From IMG/VR virus record IMGVR_UViG_3300044974_000943: a stretch of 64,000 nt of DNA. One strand, written 5' to 3'. Under the pieces are notes generated by a model. It was given only the letters and a program-made list of their open reading frames with translations, ran no database searches and had not been told where the DNA came from. Source of the stretch: a virus. A program made the position numbers and the translations under genes. Each line of letters begins with the position of its first letter. Within the stretch, counting starts at the first letter, position 1. Positions 46,487-56,889 of this stretch are shown piece by piece.

Positions 46487-48046
46487 ATGCAATCAATAAA
46501 ACTTTTTATTATCCCTATGCCGATGTTCGAGGAAGCAACCCAGTTAAGCCTATTAGAAGACCTAGACGATTCTTTGTTGTTTGCTGGGACTCCTACGCCT
46601 ATGGCAGCACTTCAACAAGGGATGTACTCAGTAGAAATTCAGTCGTTAACGGCAGATGCACAAGCCGAAATAAATCATCCAAACGAAACTGAGCGCCCCA
46701 GCATAAAACAGTTAAGTGAGCTAGGTAATCGCGACCCCGTAGCCAAACAGTGCTTAAGTTTCAAAGCGTTAAGATGTACAAGCTCATTTGGCGAATACTC
46801 CCACAGCAAGCGCGAGATAGAAGAATTTGTAAACTCAAATTTAAGAACATTACCAAAAAGCTTTAAAAAAATTATATTTCAGATTTTTACCTCAGCTATT
46901 CTCTATGGGATAGGTCTTGCTGAGTTCACTAAATCGTCTAAAATAAGGGGGTATCGTGGTCAATGGCGTATAGGTAATATTCACGTTTTAAATCCTGAGC
47001 AAATCATATCTTTCGGAAAATCCTCTAAAAGTTCTGGGAAAATTGAGTGGGTACTTTACGATAATGGAAATGGGAAGCAAGTAAAAATTCCATATCAGAA
47101 GCTCTTGCATATCACAAACACAAGCGGGGCAGCCTTTGATAAGACCGCGATTTGGGGTGTAGGCGACGGTGCAGCCGCAAATTCGTACTACAAATTAAAA
47201 AAAGTAGTACTCACACACCTAGCACTCCGCATCAAAAACGATAGCGAAGGTCTACTCTGGGCAAAAACACCCAACAACGGTACGACCACAATGGTTGACA
47301 CCCAAGGTAACGTTAAAAAAGACAACAAGGGCAAGCCACTCCAACTAACAAAACAAGCTGCTCTTTCGCACCAACTAAAAGACATTCAAAAGCGAGGATT
47401 CATCGTCACCGATAACGACGTAGAACTCAGCCGCATCCAAATACAAAACACCAGCGAAAATCACTTCAAAGCGTTAGAATACATCGATAGAGGCATTCAA
47501 TCCAGTTTTGCCATACCTTCAGGCATCTTTGACGTTAATAGCGGCTCAGGAACGACAAATCTAGGTAATAACGGCTTTGGTCAAAATTTCAAGATGACCT
47601 TTGACTCAACCATCTTCGCACTAACTACCACACTCAAGCACGAAATTATCCACAAAATGATTCGTGGCTTATTACACGACAACTTCCCTTCAAGTTGGTT
47701 CAGCGAAGATTGGGGCGAGTTTGTATTCGATGTCGAAGAAGACCAAGCAACAGTTAATGGTCGTCTCAGCACTATTACTTCACTTATTGCATCTGGCATC
47801 ATTCCTGCCGATGACGTTGAGGTACTTAGCCTTATCCGTAAGAACCTTGGATTACCTTCACTCGATGAAGACGAAAAAGCCAAGAAACAAGAAGATGCAC
47901 TTAAAGCTGAGATACAAAAAGAATTACAAAAACAAAGTGAAGTATTGGCTCTACAGGCTCAAATCCAGCAAATGCAGATGCCTCCTGCCCCACCAGAAGG
48001 ACAACCTGAGCAATATCCTCTTCAAGAGGGAGCGCCGCAAGCATAG
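46487..48046 (+). CDS. Portal protein (Mu gp29/DUF935-like)
   Basis: About 510 aa; RDPVAKQCL, AILYGIGLAE, FKALEYIDRGI...IP and IRKNLGLP motifs are typical of this portal class. Confidence 0.75.
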   Translation: MQSIKLFIIPMPMFEEATQLSLLEDLDDSLLFAGTPTPMAALQQGMYSVEIQSLTADAQAEINHPNETERPSIKQLSELGNRDPVAKQCLSFKALRCTSSFGEYSHSKREIEEFVNSNLRTLPKSFKKIIFQIFTSAILYGIGLAEFTKSSKIRGYRGQWRIGNIHVLNPEQIISFGKSSKSSGKIEWVLYDNGNGKQVKIPYQKLLHITNTSGAAFDKTAIWGVGDGAAANSYYKLKKVVLTHLALRIKNDSEGLLWAKTPNNGTTTMVDTQGNVKKDNKGKPLQLTKQAALSHQLKDIQKRGFIVTDNDVELSRIQIQNTSENHFKALEYIDRGIQSSFAIPSGIFDVNSGSGTTNLGNNGFGQNFKMTFDSTIFALTTTLKHEIIHKMIRGLLHDNFPSSWFSEDWGEFVFDVEEDQATVNGRLSTITSLIASGIIPADDVEVLSLIRKNLGLPSLDEDEKAKKQEDALKAEIQKELQKQSEVLALQAQIQQMQMPPAPPEGQPEQYPLQEGAPQA

Positions 48047-48067
48047 TAGTTATGTTATACTAAAAAA

Positions 48068-48293
48068 GTCCTAGAGGGATTCGTAGGCATTACGAAATTA
48101 CTGATTTCTAGAGTCGGTGGTTGAACCTGTCAAAAACCGTAGGCATCACGGGACTCTTAACTGAGGCGCAAAAGTTAAGAGTCAAAACTGCCTGATATCT
48201 ACAGGCTCTGAAAGGCTACTAACAGTCCTCAAACTTCGGAGCGAAACAGCAGACTAAGCCTCTCACTGAAGCTGAAACTAGTCTGCGCCCTCT
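48068..48293 (+). ncRNA. Candidate structured ncRNA (~225 nt)
   Basis: Own promoter TGTTATACT (48053-48061); five hairpins, A-rich joiners, and terminal stem AGAGGG/CCCTCT; no ORF in the track. Confidence 0.7.
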
Positions 48294-48467
48294 TTATTCT
48301 TTTTCATCTGACGAAGTTGCCGCTTGCTCCTTCTTTTTTCTGACGTATTTTTTAGTTTCTTTTTCTACAACAGGACTAATCAAATTTTGTAGCCCTGTTT
48401 GATAAATATTTGCAAAGTTAGCGCCCGACGAATGAGCCTTAGCGAAATGAGTGAAGTGTTTCATCAT
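48294..48467 (-). CDS. Small protein with MKHFTHF...GANF leader (putative head cargo)
   Basis: Real start is ATG 48467 or 48464, just after the upstream stop at 48472. Confidence 0.55.
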   Translation of the reverse strand: MMKHFTHFAKAHSSGANFANIYQTGLQNLISPVVEKETKKYVRKKKEQAATSSDEKE

Positions 48468-48471
48468 ATTT

Positions 48472-51171
48472 TTATGGGGTAGTATCGATTGTTGTGGTTC
48501 CAGAGTAAGCGCTGATTTTGGTGCTATTGAAAGCATACAACCTAGCATAATATACAGTCGTTCCACTCAATCCGAAGATTAAGAATTTGTTATCAGCAGA
48601 CCTAGTAACACTAAGCTCTTCGAGAATTGTGAAAGTACTTGCACGACTAATCTCCAACTTATAATCGGTAGCATTACTTACTTGAGCGAACGTAATCTCA
48701 ACTTGACTTTCATCAAGTATATTGACATTAGTAATACTTGGCGCTGAAGATATAGCTAACGCTGTATATAGCTCTGCTGGTGTATTGATGGTAAGTGTAG
48801 TTGATGGCGAAGCTGTGCGATTAGTACCGTTATACCCATAAGCACGTAAATAATATGTGCGATTAGGTTTGAGTAAAAGCTCGATATTATTGGAACTGCT
48901 CTCAAAATAGGTATTGTCGAGTGTGAATGCACTATCTCGCGCCAAATTGACTAGATACTTAGAATAGCCAGTTAACACTACGTTTGCTCGGTCAAAATCA
49001 GCACTTCCACTAAGAGTTACTGTAGGAACCGTAAGAGATGCAGTACTAGGTTCTTCTGTATCACTAAACAAATTAGTTTTGAATAGGTATGGAGTAGAAA
49101 CATTTGAATTGGAGTCATATACAATTACCTGATATTGTGTGTCAGCAGAAAGAGATTCAAATGTGTAGCTATTAACGTCACCAACATTTTTTGGGAACGT
49201 GAAGCCACTTACAGGCACATAGTTGCCAGTATCTAGCACTTTTAGTTGGACACTGTATGAAGTAGCTCCAGCACTGCGCTTCCAGATGGCAGAAAAGGAA
49301 GTTTTGCCAACGATGCCCTTGTAGACCGCCAAAGCTGATGTACTGACCACATTGGAGTAAATGCCGCCGTTAAAGTTGCCGCGAATATAGTAATTGTTGT
49401 TGGAATCGAGCAAATTCTCTATATTGAAGCTGCCATTGTTTGCTACGCTTCTTGGATACCCTCTAAGCAAGAACTTGAAGTCAGAATCAGTGCTAACTTC
49501 AAGATTGTTGAGATTGTATGTCCAAGTTAGGAGGTTTTTGGCTAGTTGCAGTATAGGTGCAGCCGCTTTGGTCGAAAATGTCTGTATTGCAGTTGTTTTT
49601 GTGTCGCCAGATGCTGTTTTTCCAGTGATTGTGTAGCTGTAGTTTCTACTTGGCTCTAAGAATAGGTCAATTGTATGTGTGTTGGTGTTGCCGAGGCTCT
49701 TGTTGCGGTAGAAGTTGACCCCTAAGTAAGCATTTGACTCTGTTTTCCATACTGACAGCAAATAATTGGTGTAGCTGCCATTCAAAGTCCACCCAATAAC
49801 TGCCGAAGTATCGGTAATGCTAGTTGTAGTGATTCCAGTGATGCTTGTAAGGGCTGCTGAAGTTGTTGTAGTAACTGCATTGGAGTAATCTGAGGACTGA
49901 CTAGAATTGAGCGCCCTAATACGTGAATAATAGATTGTTGCAGGGCTAATGCCTTCATCCAACAACAAAGACCCGACATTCCCTACGATAGTAGAATAAG
50001 CAACCGAAGCAAATACGGATGAAGTACTTAACTCAAACAAATATCGAGTTGCATAACTGCGTAGAACCCATTGAAATAAGATACTACGAGAAGTGATTGT
50101 TGTCGGTGTGAGCAGTTGAGGGGGATTGAGAGAAGTATTAAGTGAAAGAGTAGTTACAACTTGTGTAGCGGAATATGCAGTCGTTTGCCATACAGAAATT
50201 GCCCGTACTCGCACATAGTAAACAGTTGCCGTAGTTAGTCCCGTAAAGCTGACCGACGTATTCTTGGTTGCAATAGTTTGCAAGATGCTGCTGAAATCTG
50301 ATGTAGCTGAAATTTGGACGCTATAGCTATCCGCCAAAGCCACTGCGTTCCAAGATACAGAAAAAGAAGTGAGGTAAATATCACTGATGTTGCTAATACT
50401 AGGAGTTGTGAGGTTCTGAAATTGTTCGTCATAAGTCTCTACGTCTCGAAGCGTCGTAAAAATAACCACATTGCTGCTAGATGAAGTTGTCGTGCCATCT
50501 GAAGCCCTTACACGATAGTAATATTGGTTTTCAGCCGTAAGTGACCCTACATCGCGAAAACCGACATCCCCAGCGTTGACGTTGTTTAGTATTAAAGAAG
50601 TAAACGCAGTGTCGGTTGCCAAATCTACAAAATAGGTGGTCGCGCCAGTTACTTTGCCCCAGTTAAGCTTTGCAGATATAGCCGTCAGGCTGGTTGTTCC
50701 TAGAGCATCAGGGATAGGAAAATTTGTCGTTGTTGAGAGTGAAGCTGAAGTCCACGCCGATAAACCAGTTTCATTTGAGAAGCGTAAGCGGTAGTAGTAT
50801 AGAGTTGAAGCCGCTAAGCCGCCAATAGTAAGTGCAAGAGTTTCTTTTTCTGTCGCAACTACGTTAGTGTCGAGTAAGAATGTCAAATTAGAATAAAGTG
50901 GTGCGCTAAAATCAGCGTTTACCGATACGTCAAGTTTTAGCTCTTTTATGTACTCGTTAGGTGCAGTTTTTTGTAGTTCTACTCTAATAGAGTTACTATC
51001 TTTTTTTGTCGCTACTATTATGGGTTGAGATGGTGATGGAGGAGTAACGCCGATGTTACTTGATGATGCAGGAGTAGTTACTGAGACTATATTTGAGTAG
51101 GCAGATTCACCATCAAGATTGACAGCTTTGGTGCGGTAGTAATATGTGGTAGATGGTTTGATTACAGTCAT
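48472..51171 (-). CDS. Fibronectin type III repeat protein (virion surface/fibre)
   Basis: Many W...A-x-x-Y...L-x-x-x-T-x-YY-x-RVRA-x-N...YS FN3 units. Confidence 0.85.
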   Translation of the reverse strand: MTVIKPSTTYYYRTKAVNLDGESAYSNIVSVTTPASSSNIGVTPPSPSQPIIVATKKDSNSIRVELQKTAPNEYIKELKLDVSVNADFSAPLYSNLTFLLDTNVVATEKETLALTIGGLAASTLYYYRLRFSNETGLSAWTSASLSTTTNFPIPDALGTTSLTAISAKLNWGKVTGATTYFVDLATDTAFTSLILNNVNAGDVGFRDVGSLTAENQYYYRVRASDGTTTSSSSNVVIFTTLRDVETYDEQFQNLTTPSISNISDIYLTSFSVSWNAVALADSYSVQISATSDFSSILQTIATKNTSVSFTGLTTATVYYVRVRAISVWQTTAYSATQVVTTLSLNTSLNPPQLLTPTTITSRSILFQWVLRSYATRYLFELSTSSVFASVAYSTIVGNVGSLLLDEGISPATIYYSRIRALNSSQSSDYSNAVTTTTSAALTSITGITTTSITDTSAVIGWTLNGSYTNYLLSVWKTESNAYLGVNFYRNKSLGNTNTHTIDLFLEPSRNYSYTITGKTASGDTKTTAIQTFSTKAAAPILQLAKNLLTWTYNLNNLEVSTDSDFKFLLRGYPRSVANNGSFNIENLLDSNNNYYIRGNFNGGIYSNVVSTSALAVYKGIVGKTSFSAIWKRSAGATSYSVQLKVLDTGNYVPVSGFTFPKNVGDVNSYTFESLSADTQYQVIVYDSNSNVSTPYLFKTNLFSDTEEPSTASLTVPTVTLSGSADFDRANVVLTGYSKYLVNLARDSAFTLDNTYFESSSNNIELLLKPNRTYYLRAYGYNGTNRTASPSTTLTINTPAELYTALAISSAPSITNVNILDESQVEITFAQVSNATDYKLEISRASTFTILEELSVTRSADNKFLIFGLSGTTVYYARLYAFNSTKISAYSGTTTIDTTP

Positions 51172-51920
51172 TATCTTAAATAAGTATCTGTTTCAGGGTT
51201 GAAATTAGTAGTGTACCTAGCTACACCTTTTGTCACTCTAGCTCCCTTCATATAACCCTGAAACAGGCTAGAGAAACCAGCCCCACTAATTACGCTGCCA
51301 AGAGTGAATTTAGGATTAGCAATATTGTTTAGCTCCACTGTTCCGCTAGTTCCCTCAATTCCATTTACCCAAATACGAGCTGTTGTGCCGACTTTGGTTG
51401 CGGCGACATGATACCAAGTATTCAAGGCGATTGTCGTTGAGAAAAATGCACCATTTAAAGTTACCCAATTTCTAAATCTAAATTCATTAGCGCTGGCACA
51501 CAAGAATATACCAGCATCACCCCATGAAAAGCCTTGAGCATTGCCCATAATGGCTGTTGTTACACCTATACTTGTAAAGCGCACCCATACCTCGAAAGTG
51601 AGGTCGCCAGAGCCAAATGTAAGTCCACTATCCGTGAGAGTTTCTAAGTAATTAGTGCCGCCAGTTGCAGGAAAGAACAGGGAACTTGTCCCATATTTGA
51701 TTTGGTCGGTTGAAGTTACTACATTACCAATTCTTGTAATAAACCTACTTCTACTGCTACTATCTGTAATTACAGTCCCATTATTAACTCCCTCACCTTG
51801 CAATAGTAATTCTACTAAATTAAAGTAAGGTTCTGGAAATTTATAAGAGGGCAAATCAAAACCAAATAATCCAGAACTTAGTCCTAATCCTCTAGGAAAT
51901 CCATGAGTACCAAAATTCAC
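51171..51920 (-). CDS. LamG/ConA-like domain protein
   Basis: FGSGDLTFEVW...WYHVAATKVGTTARIWVNG...RVTKGVARYTTNF. Confidence 0.8.
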   Translation of the reverse strand: MNFGTHGFPRGLGLSSGLFGFDLPSYKFPEPYFNLVELLLQGEGVNNGTVITDSSSRSRFITRIGNVVTSTDQIKYGTSSLFFPATGGTNYLETLTDSGLTFGSGDLTFEVWVRFTSIGVTTAIMGNAQGFSWGDAGIFLCASANEFRFRNWVTLNGAFFSTTIALNTWYHVAATKVGTTARIWVNGIEGTSGTVELNNIANPKFTLGSVISGAGFSSLFQGYMKGARVTKGVARYTTNFNPETDTYLR

Positions 51921-52300
51921 TAAAAATCCCCTCCTTCAGCAATTATTCTAAAACTTTCTGCATTATTAGTGGATACTCTAATACTTTTACTATTTGACAG
52001 AATAAAAGAAAGGCTACCTAATTGTGAATAAAATGATTCTACTGTGGCACTAGGAGTTATAGCATTTACACTAACCTCTAACCATAAATCAGTATTTGTA
52101 CCATCAAATAAATAAAATCTAATCATTCCAGCCGTAGTTGTTCCAGTAGCACAAATAGTAATTCGCTCTACCCTGCTACCATTAGCTCCAGCAGTAAATA
52201 AGTTGACAATAGTGCCAGTACCATCCCGATTAGTATTAGCCGCAGATATTGTTGCTCTTTCTGTCCTTGGTATTGCTGTATATGCTGGTGATGTTGCCAT
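51920..52300 (-). CDS. Small fibre-associated structural protein
   Basis: ANTNRDGTGTIVNLFTAGANGSRV...GGDF; coupled to the LamG gene. Confidence 0.55.
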   Translation of the reverse strand: MATSPAYTAIPRTERATISAANTNRDGTGTIVNLFTAGANGSRVERITICATGTTTAGMIRFYLFDGTNTDLWLEVSVNAITPSATVESFYSQLGSLSFILSNSKSIRVSTNNAESFRIIAEGGDF

Positions 52301-52306
52301 TTGTGT

Positions 52307-53164
52307 TTAAATTAGGTTAAAAAATTCGTAAAGTCCTGCTTTGTTACCTTCTATTGTAACAGTCACATCGCTTCCAGTATTTGAGGCTACTACACCATTA
52401 CCCACAAAATTAAGACTTGTCGCCGCAGAAGTCAATGTTATACCCTCATCTCTAATTTCTACGTTAGTGCCAGAACTTCCAGCAGTAGAATTAATAGTCA
52501 AAGTACCTGCGGTGTCATTGTAGTTTAAAGAAATATTTGTACCAGCAACTAAAGTATTAGCTATCTCATCTTGAATTGATTCAGTGCCATTAGCAGCACT
52601 TGTCACTCTTCCTTTAGCATCCACAGTGATATTTGCATTCGTATAACTTCCTGCGGTTACACCAGAATTAGTAAGTGTTAGAGTAATGCTTGTTGCCCCA
52701 CTTCCAGTTGCATCCCCAGACACAGTAATATTTTGATTTGCTGAAAGTTTACTTGCTAGGTCGCTCGTTAAATTTGTTATTTTTGCTTGGCTAAGACTAC
52801 TAACCTGCGTATCGCCAATACTCGCGCCGACCACAGAAAAAGTAAGTGTATTAGCAGTGTCATTATAACTAGCACTAATTGTCGAGCTATTTTGTATAAG
52901 CGAAGCAACTCGGTCATCTACTGCTTCGCTAAAATTAAGTACATCAGTCGCAGCTACGTCAGCTTTGAGCTTGAACCATCGTCCTGTACCCGAAGCTGGC
53001 AATAATATCGACACATCATCAGCAGTAGCCGTAGAGGCGGAATTATAGCTAAACCACGCATTGACAGACCTACACAGTCGCGCATAGCCATTTGTAAGCA
53101 AAGCAGTCGGGAGTGACTTGATTGCTGAAATATCGCTGATGGAATATCCAATTTTTACTGTCAT
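52307..53164 (-). CDS. Tail fibre protein with tailspike-type N-terminal module
   Basis: ISAIKSL...DDVSILLP...GRWF N-module; GVTAGSYTNANITVDAKGRVTSA fibre motif. Confidence 0.7.
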   Translation of the reverse strand: MTVKIGYSISDISAIKSLPTALLTNGYARLCRSVNAWFSYNSASTATADDVSILLPASGTGRWFKLKADVAATDVLNFSEAVDDRVASLIQNSSTISASYNDTANTLTFSVVGASIGDTQVSSLSQAKITNLTSDLASKLSANQNITVSGDATGSGATSITLTLTNSGVTAGSYTNANITVDAKGRVTSAANGTESIQDEIANTLVAGTNISLNYNDTAGTLTINSTAGSSGTNVEIRDEGITLTSAATSLNFVGNGVVASNTGSDVTVTIEGNKAGLYEFFNLI

Positions 53165-53213
53165 ATTTTAATAGTATACAATAGAAGTAGAAAATTAATA
53201 AATTGGTAAGCGG

Positions 53214-54356
53214 ATGTCGCTCACAGATAAATTAACGGCAGAGAAAGCTGGGCTAGAGTCGTATTTAGATTCTGAGCGTGGGGCTAAGCTTGAGCAAAGT
53301 CAAATAGATAGGCTAGATACGTTAAATAGTCTGCTAGGTATAGGTTCTGGTGGCGTTGCTGATACAACTGCAACAGGTACAATTACCACTCAAAATCTAG
53401 TTCCCACTGGTGCTGCAACGGCTGGCTCCACTGTATCTATAGACCTTGATAGCAAAGGTACAGTTACGATTCAAGTAACTGGAACTTATACAGGCGCTCT
53501 ATCAGCACAAATCACCACCGATGGGACTAATTGGGTTACTCCTACGAATGCCGTATTTAAAAATATGGTCACAGGTACGAATAGTGCTACTATTCCAAGC
53601 GCGTCTGTGGGGATTTGGCAGATTGAAGTTATAGGACACGCAAAATTTAGATTGAGCGCTCTTGCAGCCGTCACAGGTACAGCTACAGTAGCTTTAAGAG
53701 CGGCGGCAAATACTTCACAAGTAAGCGTTGCGGGTGTATCTACAGCAGCGAATCAAACAACTGGAAATGCTTCTCTTACTTCTATAGATAGTAAGACACC
53801 AGCCCTAGGACAAGCCTTAGCCGCTAGTTCAGTACCTGTAGTCCTCCCTGCTGCACAACTATCAGCACTTACCCCTTTTACCCCAAAAGTAAAAGAACTA
53901 ACATCAGCCCTAATCACTCGCACCTCTGGTCTTGCACAATACTCAATAGGGGATAGTTATGGTGGTAGAGGTGTATTTGCTAATGTAGGGGCTGTTGGAG
54001 AATCATTATTTATAAATGATTTTCAAGTGATTATTGATATCACCGCTATCCCTACAAATATGGCGCTTTCAGTACGTTTTTTTACAACTGAAGCTGATAC
54101 CCAAGTAACGGGCGCATCAGTATCTGATAATTCACTGCTCACAGCTACACTCCCTAATACTGCTACTCCTGCTGATGGGTATCCACTGATTATTACTGTG
54201 ATTGGAGATAAGGTGTTTGCGGTTGCCAAAAACATCAAATTTATCACTCCTCTAGAAGCTACTAGCCTATGGTTTTACTTGCGCTGTAATGCAGCTTTTA
54301 CCCCTGCTGCCAACTCTGAAACAATGACAGCAAAAGCTAGTTGTGAGGTGTACTGA
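53214..54356 (+). CDS. Fibre-like structural protein
   Basis: T/A/S-rich beta protein; TAANQTTGNASLTSIDSKTPALGQA linker. Confidence 0.55.
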   Translation: MSLTDKLTAEKAGLESYLDSERGAKLEQSQIDRLDTLNSLLGIGSGGVADTTATGTITTQNLVPTGAATAGSTVSIDLDSKGTVTIQVTGTYTGALSAQITTDGTNWVTPTNAVFKNMVTGTNSATIPSASVGIWQIEVIGHAKFRLSALAAVTGTATVALRAAANTSQVSVAGVSTAANQTTGNASLTSIDSKTPALGQALAASSVPVVLPAAQLSALTPFTPKVKELTSALITRTSGLAQYSIGDSYGGRGVFANVGAVGESLFINDFQVIIDITAIPTNMALSVRFFTTEADTQVTGASVSDNSLLTATLPNTATPADGYPLIITVIGDKVFAVAKNIKFITPLEATSLWFYLRCNAAFTPAANSETMTAKASCEVY

Positions 54357-55648
54357 TGTTTGCTAAAAGATTATTGAGGGATAGTGAGCAACAAACAACA
54401 AAATGGGCTGTAAAACAAGCTGCTTATAGGCGTATTGATTTTTTAATGATTGGTGATAGCAATCAACTTTTAGGTGGACACGGATGGGATGAGGGTTTTC
54501 AAGATGCGCTCTCAAATCAATTTGGGTTGTACGCAACAGGATGGATAAGCGCGAACAACAACAATGGGAACGGTACTGGACAGGGCTATTTTTATAGCTC
54601 TTTGAATGGCGGCAACAATAACATCAATGGACAAACAACAGGTGCGCCTAGCTTTTTTGCAGATAGTTGGGCTTTGCCTATGGGTACTCAGCAGTATGCG
54701 TACATCCCCCCCTCTGGAGTAAACGCATTTAGGGGTAGTAATGGCATCGTCTTGGACAAAACTGGTACATGGGATATCAATGGCGCATTTAAGGGGCATT
54801 ACTGCTTTGGGTTGTTTGCTACAAATGGTGGGGCTATTAATGGCGCTCAATTTAGGAGTGAGGAGTCGCCATTTTATAATTTAGGCGCTATTGCGAGTTT
54901 TTCTTGTGTAGGAGCTTCTGATTCATTAGCTTATGGGGTAATTGATATTCCGTCAGGACGAACGACTAGCACTATGAATCGAAATACATCTTGCAGATGG
55001 TGGCTACCAAGTCAAGCTACTTCTACTGGCGCTGTTTTTGCTTTGTATAATCGCATTGAAATTAATAATAGGATAAGGGGCTGTAGTGTCCATACTATGC
55101 ATGGGGTAGGGGGGCAATCTTTAAGAGGTATGGCTGCGGGATTCCAGTCAACCCCAGATGCTACTATCATTACTTGCTTTAAAGAAGCAAGAAGATTGCA
55201 AGAAGCTCAAGGTTTAGTTCCTATTGTTGTAATCTGGGTCAGTAGTGGTTTGAACGACCGCAATGAGGTGCTTGCAAGTGTAGGTAGTAAAGCTATTAGT
55301 GATGGGAGCAGCGCTTCAGCTTTTGCGGACAACTTGGATGCTTTAGTAACTCGATTTGAGGCAGTTTGGCTTTCTCAAGGGTGGGCTATTGAGCAATTAT
55401 TTTGGTTAGTCGTCCCATCTCATCCAGTGAGTACTCCTGATGATTCTAAATTAATAAACTACAGGAATGCATCCAAGGATTATGTTTCAAACAATCCTCG
55501 GATGAGCGTGGTAGATATTACAGAATTGACAAACGCCTCGGAGATGACATCTCAAAATTGGTATCTGTCTGGCACAGATAAAAGCCATTTATCTCTTGCT
55601 GGCTACTATAATTTGGCTGGGCGGATTGTTAGTTCTCTTTTAAATTAA
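54356..55648 (+). CDS. SGNH/GDSL hydrolase (possible polysaccharide deacetylase RBP)
   Basis: IGDSN, GVGG, GLND and DKSHLS blocks. Confidence 0.85.
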   Translation: MFAKRLLRDSEQQTTKWAVKQAAYRRIDFLMIGDSNQLLGGHGWDEGFQDALSNQFGLYATGWISANNNNGNGTGQGYFYSSLNGGNNNINGQTTGAPSFFADSWALPMGTQQYAYIPPSGVNAFRGSNGIVLDKTGTWDINGAFKGHYCFGLFATNGGAINGAQFRSEESPFYNLGAIASFSCVGASDSLAYGVIDIPSGRTTSTMNRNTSCRWWLPSQATSTGAVFALYNRIEINNRIRGCSVHTMHGVGGQSLRGMAAGFQSTPDATIITCFKEARRLQEAQGLVPIVVIWVSSGLNDRNEVLASVGSKAISDGSSASAFADNLDALVTRFEAVWLSQGWAIEQLFWLVVPSHPVSTPDDSKLINYRNASKDYVSNNPRMSVVDITELTNASEMTSQNWYLSGTDKSHLSLAGYYNLAGRIVSSLLN

Positions 55649-55671
55649 ATAGTATGGAAATAACAACATAA

Positions 55672-56112
55672 ATGAACAAACGACAGTGGATTCTTTCTCA
55701 ATCTGAAGCCCTAAACATCACAAATCCCAATGATTTGTGGAGTTATCTGTTAGCAACTGAAGTGGAAGTTGTTAACACAGTACCTAGGCTTGACGTGCCA
55801 AAACTAATTGATATTAGAGAGGCTTTCACACTTATCCCTGACAATGAAAAGCTCCCTATTAGCGAGAGCTTAACCTACAGGCAAGGCTTGATTCCTGCCC
55901 TTCAAAATGGAGATATTGGATTTATTCAGGATAACATCACCACCCTTGTTGTTGGTGGTATGATGTCGCCTCAAACTGCTCAAGCTTTAGGTGCATTAAT
56001 GGCACAAACTGAACCTGACCCTAACTGGCAACCAACAGTAAAAGTGCCTATGTACGTGGCTGCTGGTTTTGATTCTTTGAGTCTACAGGATACAATAGAT
56101 ACATTACTTTAG
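55672..56112 (+). CDS. Hypothetical protein (possible fibre chaperone)
   Basis: Follows the SGNH gene. Confidence 0.5.
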   Translation: MNKRQWILSQSEALNITNPNDLWSYLLATEVEVVNTVPRLDVPKLIDIREAFTLIPDNEKLPISESLTYRQGLIPALQNGDIGFIQDNITTLVVGGMMSPQTAQALGALMAQTEPDPNWQPTVKVPMYVAAGFDSLSLQDTIDTLL

Positions 56113-56130
56113 CAATTTACTGCCTAAAAC

Positions 56131-56886
56131 ATGAGAATTTCAGCATACGCAAGAGCAACTAAATATAAAAATGCAAATTTTGCACCTTTTGATTGGGCAG
56201 GATTAGCTGGCAAAGCATTATCTACTTCTGGTGGTGCGGCTAAAATTGGTGCTGGCATCGGTGCAGGTGTTGGTGCTATTAATTATCTTGGCAGTGATGA
56301 CAAATCAATTGGCAATCTTGCTGGTCAAGTGGCTGGAGGTGCAGCATTAGGTGGAGCTGCTGGTTATGGTGGTGCAAGCCTAAGAAATGCTTGGCAAGCA
56401 CGTAAAGCTGGTCAAGTTGGTAATCAGGCTCTTTTACCTGCTACTACAAATGCTTCAGCTACAAATGTAACCCAGACACCGATTAACAATCAGCCATTTA
56501 CTCCAAACGCGCCTAAACCACAAGCTCAGTTACCTGCGGCTCAGCCAGTTCAAAGACCACAACCTACTCAGAACGGTGTAATAACAACACCTCCCCCTGC
56601 AAGTCAACAAACTATTGATACTACAGCTATCACTGTCCCTAACGCTAGTGGACAAACTCAATCTGGCAATTCTCAACCATACCCTTTAGCTAATCGCACT
56701 ACTCAAGGTGTTGGGCAAGAACAAATTGGGACTCTTTCACAAAAACGTAGAAAGGTGCAGTTAAGAAATGCTCCAGCAGGAACATATCAAACTAATGGTT
56801 TACCTCCTACTGTAAGTAATAATAATAAAGCTGAATCTCCTTTCGCTAATTTCAAAGTGCGCCGTTACAACGGATTCATATACTAA
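56131..56886 (+). CDS. Glycine-zipper protein bracketed by ANF motifs (putative head cargo)
   Basis: KNANF at the N-terminus and PFANF near the C-terminus; AKIGAGIGAGVG matches VKIGAGVGGGLG of 10839..12875. Confidence 0.6.
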   Translation: MRISAYARATKYKNANFAPFDWAGLAGKALSTSGGAAKIGAGIGAGVGAINYLGSDDKSIGNLAGQVAGGAALGGAAGYGGASLRNAWQARKAGQVGNQALLPATTNASATNVTQTPINNQPFTPNAPKPQAQLPAAQPVQRPQPTQNGVITTPPPASQQTIDTTAITVPNASGQTQSGNSQPYPLANRTTQGVGQEQIGTLSQKRRKVQLRNAPAGTYQTNGLPPTVSNNNKAESPFANFKVRRYNGFIY

Positions 56887-56889
56887 AAA

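Noticed and set aside
48062-48293. RNase P RNA, tmRNA or hammerhead identity for the portal-adjacent RNA
   Set aside because: AAAGTCC is only a partial RNase P P4 motif with no 3' partner. There are no tRNA-like ends or tag ORF. CTGAAGCTGAAAC lacks the CUGANGA core and stem II.
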